A DNA stretch of 56,727 nucleotides from an uncultured Candidatus Saccharibacteria bacterium (lineage in GTDB: Bacteria > Patescibacteriota > Minisyncoccia > Minisyncoccales > CAZKCU01), in NCBI GenBank assembly GCA_964551595.1, contig CAZKCU010000003.1:16030-72756 (forward strand). The letters run 5' to 3'. The notes under the pieces were generated by a model. The model was not told the DNA's origin, searched no databases, and saw only the letters and a list, made by a program, of their open reading frames with translations. This document shows, in pieces, positions 1-6,684 of the stretch (position 1 is its first letter; each line of letters begins with the position of its first letter). Both the position numbers and the translations under genes were made by a program.

Positions 1-370
1 CCTGTTGGTCTTGTAATACAAGCAATTACACCTGTTATTCTCACACCTATTCTGGTAATTACTGTCCTTCAGGAACATATTCAAGCTCTTCTTCCTGCCA
101 GAACAACTGCCAGCAGTCTACAATTACCTGTTGGTCTTGTAATACAAGCAATTACACCTGTTATTCTCACACCTATTCTGGCAATTACTGTCCTTCAGGA
201 ACATATTCAAGCTCTTCTTCCTGCCGGGATGCTTGCGAGGAATCTACAATTAGATGCTGGTCTTGCAATACAAACAATGGTACCTGTTCTTCCCGGACCT
301 ATTCAGGATATTACTGTCCTTCAGGAACATATTCAAGCTCTTCTTCCTGCCGGAGTGCCTGCCAGCCACC
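1..370 (+). repeat. Coding tandem repeat, 126-bp unit, about 3 copies (more may lie upstream of the window)
   Basis: cctgttggtcttgtaatacaagc occurs at 1 and 127, with a diverged third copy from about 253. Confidence 0.95.
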
Positions 371-1010
371 TCCAGACTCTCCTGTATTAAATGTTTCAAA
401 AACTGTCCGAAATATTACTGATAATACTACTTTTCAGAATTCAGTGTCAGCTGATCCTTTAGAGAGATTAGAATTTAAGATAAAAGTTAGCTCTACTGGA
501 AGCATTAGAGCTAAAAATGTAATAGTAAAAGACACTTTGCCTTGGCAGATAACATATCAGAATAATTTAAAGATTAACGGAGTGTCTTCTGCCGGCAATA
601 TTTTGACAGGATTAAATTTAGGAACAGTATATCCTGGTTATTCAAAGATAATCACTTTTGAGGCCAAGGTTGTTTCAGAAGATAAATTTATTTATGGAAT
701 AACTACTTTAACAAATACAGCTATGGCTTATAGTGTAAATACTGAAGATACCGATACAGCCAAGATTGTTGTTAGCAGAAAAGCTGTAGCTGGAGTCGCT
801 ACCGAAGTAAAAACAGGTATTGTTGGTGGGCTTTTAGATTATTTTCTATTTCCTTTGATAATAGCTTTTATAATGATTTTGGTTTTCAAAAATTATTTTA
901 TCTTTTTAAATGAATGGTTCGAAAAAAGAAAAAATGGAGCGATTGAATATCGAGCAAACAAAGACTTGAAAAAAGTTATTTCCCGCATTAAAGCCAGAGA
1001 GAGATTTTAG
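3..1010 (+). CDS. 5'-truncated cell-surface protein: Cys-rich 42-aa repeats, DUF11-like domain, C-terminal TM anchor and basic tail
   Basis: The frame of ORF 444..1010 is open back to the window edge. It encodes repeats TCWSCNTSNYTCYSHTYSGNYCPSGTYSSSSSCQNNCQQSTI, then LNVSKTVRN...FKIKVSSTG...VIVKDTLP (DUF11-like) and hydrophobic YFLFPLIIAFIMILVF. Confidence 0.8.
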   Translation, partial: CWSCNTSNYTCYSHTYSGNYCPSGTYSSSSSCQNNCQQSTITCWSCNTSNYTCYSHTYSGNYCPSGTYSSSSSCRDACEESTIRCWSCNTNNGTCSSRTYSGYYCPSGTYSSSSSCRSACQPPPDSPVLNVSKTVRNITDNTTFQNSVSADPLERLEFKIKVSSTGSIRAKNVIVKDTLPWQITYQNNLKINGVSSAGNILTGLNLGTVYPGYSKIITFEAKVVSEDKFIYGITTLTNTAMAYSVNTEDTDTAKIVVSRKAVAGVATEVKTGIVGGLLDYFLFPLIIAFIMILVFKNYFIFLNEWFEKRKNGAIEYRANKDLKKVISRIKARERF

Positions 1011-1040
1011 AAGAAAAAGGCTTTAAAAATTTAAGAAATT

Positions 1041-1083
1041 AGAAAACTTAAAATCGCCCCTGAGGGGCGATTTTAAGTTTTCT
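1041..1083. terminator. Bidirectional intrinsic terminator-like perfect 20-bp inverted repeat
   Basis: agaaaacttaaaatcgcccc-tga-ggggcgattttaagttttct. Confidence 0.8.
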
Positions 1084-1094
1084 TTTAAGCTACC

Positions 1095-1276
1095 TGTGGA
1101 CGCCACCCACCTACCGCCCTTCAAGGTTGTGGATATCCTGTGGAAAGAAATGAGTTTTTATCTTATTTTTAAGGTATTTTAATTTCGGTTGACTTGGGGC
1201 TATGAAGTGGAATATAGTAAAGGTGAAAGGACAAATTGTGGATAAGAGTGGGATAAAGACCTAAATCTGTGGATAA
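1095..1276 (+). promoter_or_regulatory. mraZ/dcw promoter with phased GTGG boxes and DnaA-box-like TGTGGATAA motifs
   Basis: TTGACT(1189)-18-TATAGT(1213). GTGG at 1207, 1238, 1248, 1269. Perfect TGTGGATAA at 1237 and 1268, near matches at 1095, 1128, 1139. Confidence 0.6.
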
Positions 1277-1314
1277 CTTTAAGTATCTAGAAAAGAAACT
1301 TTTAATAAATTAGC

Positions 1315-1746
1315 ATGTTCATAGGAGAATATAGACATACCATTGATATTAAAAAAAGACTGGCTCTTCCTGCCAAATTCCGAAAGGAACTGGGCAAAAC
1401 TATAATAATTACCCGCGGCTTGGATAATTGTTTAGTTGTTTATACTTTAAAAGAATGGAAGACGATGTCTGATAAGTTAGGGAAGTTGCCAGCAAGTCAG
1501 CTTGAGGCTCGAGGTTTCGCTCGAATTATGTTGGCCGGAGCTATGGCAGTAGAACTCGATAGGTTGGGCCGAATTCTTATTCCGGAGTATTTAAAAACTT
1601 ATGCTAATTTAAAAAAGAATGTAGTAATTTGCGGTCTTTATAATCGATTGGAAATTTGGGATGGTCGAAACTGGGAAATCTATAAGAAAAAAGTAGAAAA
1701 AGAAGTAGGTGATTTCGCAGCTAAATTGGGAGAGCTCGGAATCTAA
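1315..1746 (+). CDS. mraZ: Division/cell wall cluster transcriptional repressor MraZ
   Basis: MFIGEYRHTID.K.RL.LPAKFR and LD..GRILIP motifs; first gene of dcw. Confidence 0.97.
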   Translation: MFIGEYRHTIDIKKRLALPAKFRKELGKTIIITRGLDNCLVVYTLKEWKTMSDKLGKLPASQLEARGFARIMLAGAMAVELDRLGRILIPEYLKTYANLKKNVVICGLYNRLEIWDGRNWEIYKKKVEKEVGDFAAKLGELGI

Positions 1747-1756
1747 TTTAAAGGGA

Positions 1757-2731
1757 ATGAGTCATATCTCCGTATTACAAAAAGAAGTGCTTAGATATCT
1801 TGACCCTAAGCCCAATCAGAATTTTATTGATTGTACAATTGGTGAAGCCGGCCATACTTTAGCAATTTGTTCTCCCTTGGCGAAGAAATCTTCAGCTGAG
1901 CTGAACATTTTAGAAAAAAACAGACCGAAGGGAAAAGTACTTGGTATTGATTGGAGTTCTGAACTAATAAAAAGTTTAGAGTTTAAAGTTAAAAGTTTAA
2001 AGTTAAGTCGGAGACTCATCCTTGTTTGTGATAATTTTGCCAATTTAAAAGAGATTGTTGAAAGAGAAAAATTTAGGCCGATTCAAGGAATTCTATTTGA
2101 CTTAGGAATGTCAAGCTGGCATTTAGAGGAGTCAGGCAGAGGATTCAGTTTTTTGAGAAAAGAACCGCTGGATATGAGATACAATTCTCAAAATCCTTTA
2201 ACGGCAGAAAAAATAGTGAATTATCGGTCAGAATCAGAGATAGAAAAAATTCTAAGAGAATACGGAGAAGAGCGTTTTGCCGGGAAAATTGCCAGGGAAA
2301 TTATTAAGGAGAGAAAAGCAAAGCCAATCAAAAACACATCTCAGTTGATAGAAGTTTTAAAAAGAGCAATTCCTTCCAGATATCAGCATCGGAAAATCCC
2401 CCGAAGGAAAGCCTCCGGCTTCCTACGGGGCAGGCATTTTGCCACCCGAACTTTTCAGGCTTTGAGAATTACTGTTAACGATGAACTAAATAATTTGAGA
2501 AAAGCCTTACATCAAACCTTAGAGATTTTAGAGCCAGGGGGAAGAATAGTAATAATCTCTTTCCATTCTTTAGAAGACAGAATCGTCAAAAATTTCTTCA
2601 GAAACCGGGCCAAAGAAGAATCGCTTAAAATTTTAACTAAAAAACCAATCACACCACGCGAGGAAGAAATTAAAATTAATCCTCGCTCAAGGTCGGCAAA
2701 GTTAAGAGCAGCCAGAAAAGTAAGTTCGTAG
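1757..2731 (+). CDS. rsmH: 16S rRNA m4C1402 methyltransferase RsmH (with two short in-frame insertions)
   Basis: HISVL...DCTIGEAGH, FDLGMSSWHL, LDMR, ATRTFQALRI, ISFHSLEDRIVK, NPRSRSAKLR. ATG 1757 is preferred over the track start. Confidence 0.96.
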   Translation: MSHISVLQKEVLRYLDPKPNQNFIDCTIGEAGHTLAICSPLAKKSSAELNILEKNRPKGKVLGIDWSSELIKSLEFKVKSLKLSRRLILVCDNFANLKEIVEREKFRPIQGILFDLGMSSWHLEESGRGFSFLRKEPLDMRYNSQNPLTAEKIVNYRSESEIEKILREYGEERFAGKIAREIIKERKAKPIKNTSQLIEVLKRAIPSRYQHRKIPRRKASGFLRGRHFATRTFQALRITVNDELNNLRKALHQTLEILEPGGRIVIISFHSLEDRIVKNFFRNRAKEESLKILTKKPITPREEEIKINPRSRSAKLRAARKVSS

Positions 2732-2744
2732 AATATCTACTCAA

Positions 2745-3089
2745 ATGAATATTTTAGCCCTTAATCCATCTGTTCCCGTTATTCGGCCTTTAGCTTTAAA
2801 AAGAAAATTTAGCCTGAAAGCTTTCTGGATTTTGAGTTTTATTTCAATAATATCGCTTTTAATATTTTATATTTTTCAGGTAAATAGCATGATTAGAGAG
2901 ACTTATCTGATTCAAAATTATCAAAGAAAAATAAAGGAGCTGTCTCAGGAAAATAAAACTCTGGAGATTAATTTTTTTCAGGCAAATTCCTTATCTACCA
3001 TTGAGAGTTTAGTAAAAAATCTAAATTTTGAAAAAGTAGAACGAATTCATTATATTCAGGTTTTGGAAAGCCAGGTTGTTGCAAAGTAG
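2745..3089 (+). CDS. FtsL-like bitopic membrane/coiled-coil protein
   Basis: Single TM followed by a coiled coil; position between rsmH and ftsI. Confidence 0.65.
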   Translation: MNILALNPSVPVIRPLALKRKFSLKAFWILSFISIISLLIFYIFQVNSMIRETYLIQNYQRKIKELSQENKTLEINFFQANSLSTIESLVKNLNFEKVERIHYIQVLESQVVAK

Positions 3090-3130
3090 ATAGCAGGAAA
3101 TTTGATAACCGTCAGCTATCGTAAATTAAA

Positions 3131-4828
3131 ATGAAAAGGGGGAGGATAAATCTAATTTTAATTTTAATAATATTATTTGGAGCAGCTATTATAGGGAGGC
3201 TTTTTTTTATTCAGATACTTAATTATGAATATTGGAAGGCTTTGGCTCAAGGTCAGCAAAAATTTTTTGCCCAAATTAAAGGAGAGAGAGGAGAAATTTT
3301 TTTACAGAATAAAGAAGGAAATTTATATACCTTAGCCTCAAATAAAAATTGGGAATTAGCTTATATTTCTCCAGAAGAAATTACTACCAAAGGGCAAGAT
3401 TCAATAGAAATAGCTAAAGCCCTGAGCCAGACATTGAATTTAGATGAAGACTTAATTTTAGAAAAAATTAAAAAAGCAGACAGTCTCTATGAGCTAATAA
3501 AAAGTAAATTAACTCAGGAAGAGATAGAACTTTTAAAAAAATTAAATTTACCAGGAGTTTATTTAGGCTCAGAGACCTTAAGATATTATCCTCAAGAAAC
3601 TCTAGCTTCTCATTTAGTTGGATTTTTAGGGGGAGATAACGTTGGACAATACGGGGTAGAAGGGTATTACAATGACATTCTTAAGGGGTCAGAAGGATTT
3701 CAAGAGGGAGAAAAGGGTGCGCAAGGGTATTTAGTCAAGACGACCTCAGGTGTTGTTAAAGGAGGTGCTGACCTTATTTTAACCTTTGATTACAATATCC
3801 AATTTATGACTGAAAAGCTATTAAGAGAAGCTAAAGAAAATTTAGATATCGAGAGGGGTCAAATTATAGTCGGAGACCCTAATTCAGGAAAAATTTTGGC
3901 TCTGGCTAATTTTCCGAATTTTAATCCCAATCAGTATTGGAAAGAATCGAATTTAGAAATTTTCCAAAATGGGGCAAGCCAGAAGCTTTTTGAACCGGGT
4001 TCGGTTTTTAAACCAATCACTATGGCAGCAGCTTTGAATGAAGAGAAAATAACTCCTCAGACTACCTATATTGACCCGGGAATAATAGAAATCGGAGGTT
4101 GGCCTATTTATAATTACGACCAAAGGGTTTATTCAGGCAAGATAACTATGACCGAGGTTTTGGAAAAATCAATTAATACCGGGGCAGTATTTGCTGAGAG
4201 GCAAATTGCTCACCAGACTTTCTTAGATTATATTGAAAAATTCGGGTTTTTTGAGCCAACCGGAATTGGCTTACAAGGGGAGGTCTCTTCTACGAATTCA
4301 AATTTAAAAAAAGGCTATGAAGTAAACTTTGCTACAGCTTCTTTTGGGCAAGGTATTGAAATGACTCCAATACAATTATTCAGAGCAATTTGTGCCATTG
4401 CCAATGGAGGGAAATTAATTAAACCTTATGTCTTAGAAAATCCTGGCCCTAATTTAGATGAAATAAAAGGAAAGCAGATAATTTCGCAAAAAACAGCCAC
4501 CCAATTAACAGCAATGTTGGTTTCAGTGGTAGAGAATGGTTTTGCCAAGCGAGCTAAGATTCCCGGCTATTATATTGCTGGTAAAACCGGAACTGCCCAG
4601 ATAGCTTTTTCAGCTTTAGGAATTGATAAATCGGGTTATTCTGAAAAAACTATTCAAACTTTTGCTGGATTTGCTCCGGCTTTTAATCCCCGGTTTTTGA
4701 TTCTGATAAAATTAGATAATCCAAAAACCAAAACAGCTGAATATTCGGCTACCCCCATATTTCGAGAACTTGCTAAATATATTATAGATTACTATCAGAT
4801 TCCCCCTGATTATGATTATGAAGAATAA
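3131..4828 (+). CDS. ftsI: Class B penicillin-binding protein (FtsI/PBP2-like)
   Basis: N-terminal TM, RGEI dimerisation-domain start, EPGSVFK (SxxK), KSIN (SxN), GKTGT (KTG). Confidence 0.9.
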   Translation: MKRGRINLILILIILFGAAIIGRLFFIQILNYEYWKALAQGQQKFFAQIKGERGEIFLQNKEGNLYTLASNKNWELAYISPEEITTKGQDSIEIAKALSQTLNLDEDLILEKIKKADSLYELIKSKLTQEEIELLKKLNLPGVYLGSETLRYYPQETLASHLVGFLGGDNVGQYGVEGYYNDILKGSEGFQEGEKGAQGYLVKTTSGVVKGGADLILTFDYNIQFMTEKLLREAKENLDIERGQIIVGDPNSGKILALANFPNFNPNQYWKESNLEIFQNGASQKLFEPGSVFKPITMAAALNEEKITPQTTYIDPGIIEIGGWPIYNYDQRVYSGKITMTEVLEKSINTGAVFAERQIAHQTFLDYIEKFGFFEPTGIGLQGEVSSTNSNLKKGYEVNFATASFGQGIEMTPIQLFRAICAIANGGKLIKPYVLENPGPNLDEIKGKQIISQKTATQLTAMLVSVVENGFAKRAKIPGYYIAGKTGTAQIAFSALGIDKSGYSEKTIQTFAGFAPAFNPRFLILIKLDNPKTKTAEYSATPIFRELAKYIIDYYQIPPDYDYEE

Positions 4829-4864
4829 ATTGTGGAAAGTTCGAAATGGATTTTTCGCTAAATT

Positions 4865-5593
4865 ATGTTTAATTTTTTATCTAAACTTATTTTTTTCTGG
4901 AAAAAGCCCAAAATTATAATTATTACTGGTCAAGGAAAAACTTCTGCTGCTGAAGCTGTTTTTCAGGTTTTAAGGCAGTATTTTAAAGTTGGGAGATTAA
5001 CGAATTTTCCTTCTTCCTTGAGTTTTGAGCAAATTTTAAGTAAACAAATTCTAATTTTTGAAGCTGATTTAAAAAATAATAGCCGAGATTTTGAATTTTT
5101 AGTAAAAAATTCTTCTCTGCCAATTTTACTTGTGACCCATATTGGAGATATTCCTTCTGATAAAGACTTCTTTGCCGGTGATAAGAAAAAAACCAAAGAA
5201 ATTCGAAAATTAGCAAAAATTTTACCTTCCCAAGGTTATTTAATTTTAAATTTTGATGACGAGACAGTCAGAGAAATCAAAGACGAAACTAATTTGCAGG
5301 ACTCCAAACCGCCCATCACCCTCCCGCCAAGGCGGGCCCCTATAACCTTTGGTTTTCAGGAAAGAGCTGATTTTCGAGCCTCAGATATAAGGTTAAACAA
5401 TGGAACGAATTTTAAAGTAAACTATAAAGGAAATATTGTTCCAATTTGGCTAGAGAAACTTTTTGGCAAAGAGCAAATTTACGCCAGTCTTTCTGCTGTT
5501 AGTATAGGAGTAATATTCGATTTAAATTTGGTTGAAATTTCCCAGCTGTTAAAAAATTATCAGGGAATTGCCGGCAAAAGGAATGGTGCTTGA
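4865..5593 (+). pseudogene. Mur ligase (MurF-like) central domain only, lacking the C-terminal domain
   Basis: IIIITGQGKTSAAEAV P-loop and LILNFDD; ends at LKNYQGIAGKR, the usual domain 2/3 linker. Confidence 0.65.
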
Positions 5594-5746
5594 AAATATT
5601 TTTCAATTTGGTATAATGGAAGATAGTAAAACCCGACTCCAAAACGAGATAAGAGACGGTGATTTAATTTTAATAAGGAAAAGAAGGCAAATAGATATTT
5701 TACATAAAAGAAAATAAGATTGAGAAGAAAGGAGAATTAAAATAAA

Positions 5747-5977
5747 ATGGCGCTAATATGTCCATTTTGCACTGACGAGAAGGGAAGAGTTAAACTTAAA
5801 CTATCAAAGAAGCATAAAACTAATAATTGGTTTTTCTGCCCGAAATGTCTCAAAGAATTTCATATTAAACAGAAGCACAACGGTAAGAAAAAAGCCACTT
5901 GCTGCCCTGAAGAACCTAAAGGTAAAACGGGTCATGGAAATGGAAGAGGAATTGACTATCGCTTGTTAGAAGCATAG
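5747..5977 (+). CDS. Small basic Zn-ribbon-like hypothetical protein
   Basis: CPFC...CPKC; own promoter TTGAAA(5590)-16-TATAAT(5612) and AGGAG RBS. Confidence 0.6.
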   Translation: MALICPFCTDEKGRVKLKLSKKHKTNNWFFCPKCLKEFHIKQKHNGKKKATCCPEEPKGKTGHGNGRGIDYRLLEA

Positions 5978-6010
5978 GAGCGGAATTAAAAGAAGTAGTT
6001 CTTTTTTAAT

Positions 6011-6036
6011 AGAGGACAAGCAATTGCTTGTCCTCT
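6011..6036. terminator. Hairpin terminator
   Basis: agaggacaagc-aatt-gcttgtcctct. Confidence 0.7.
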
Positions 6037-6125
6037 TCTATTTAAATGGACAATACTTAAATTCTGTGATATATTTGATAATGGTTCTTATTAAAAAAAG
6101 GTGATGATCCAAAAGGAGGTAAAGA

Positions 6126-6536
6126 ATGGCAAAAAAGAAAAAGATAACAAAGTTGATGCGAAGCGGTTTAAAACGTGTATCAGGTAGCTTGCGAGACGAC
6201 TTTCCTCCGGAAATCGTTCAAAAAATGGATGAGATAATAGAGGGGATATTAACTAATAACCGAGTCTTAGATGAAAAGGAGTTATGGTTAATAAAGTATA
6301 TTGGGACATTTCTCGAATTTCGGGAAGCTAATTGGGAGGGAAAAGTGAGAACTATTAGAAAGGTTAACAAGGCTGTAGCTGTAGCTGTAAAAGAAGGTTA
6401 TCTCACCAATGAAGAAGATGAAGAAATTGGCGGAATTAACCGAGCATTGCTTAAGAAAGAAGAGAAGGCGAATTTTGACTCTTTCAAAAAAAGAGTCAAA
6501 GAAATCAAAGAAAGAAGTAAAAAATATAAAAAATAA
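6126..6536 (+). CDS. Hypothetical protein
   Basis: Promoter TGGACA-17-TATATT with TG extension, AGGAGG RBS; no recognisable family. Confidence 0.7.
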   Translation: MAKKKKITKLMRSGLKRVSGSLRDDFPPEIVQKMDEIIEGILTNNRVLDEKELWLIKYIGTFLEFREANWEGKVRTIRKVNKAVAVAVKEGYLTNEEDEEIGGINRALLKKEEKANFDSFKKRVKEIKERSKKYKK

Positions 6537-6561
6537 CGGATCATCACCTTCTACTCTTTCT

Positions 6562-6637
6562 GGCCCCATCGTCTAGTGGTTTAGGACGCATGGTTCTCAT
6601 CCATGTAACTCGGGTTCAAATCCCGATGAGGCCACCA
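6562..6637 (+). tRNA. tRNA-Glu(CTC), CCA encoded, C5-A68 mismatch in the acceptor stem
   Basis: GGCCCCA...catgg-ttCTCat-ccatg...tcggg-TTCAAAT-cccga-TGAGGCC-A-CCA. Confidence 0.93.
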
Positions 6638-6684
6638 TTTTTGAGAGACTTTTAATCGGTCTCTTTTTTGGATATAATAAATTA

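Noticed and set aside
1-370. CRISPR array
   Set aside because: The repeats are contiguous 126-bp in-frame coding units with no unique spacers, and no cas genes are present. The 28-bp sites at 45-56 kb are also irregularly spaced around whole genes.
1095-1276. Replication origin
   Set aside because: Only two perfect DnaA boxes, no dnaA or dnaN nearby, the boxes overlap expected MraZ sites, and terminus-like features lie about 46 kb away.
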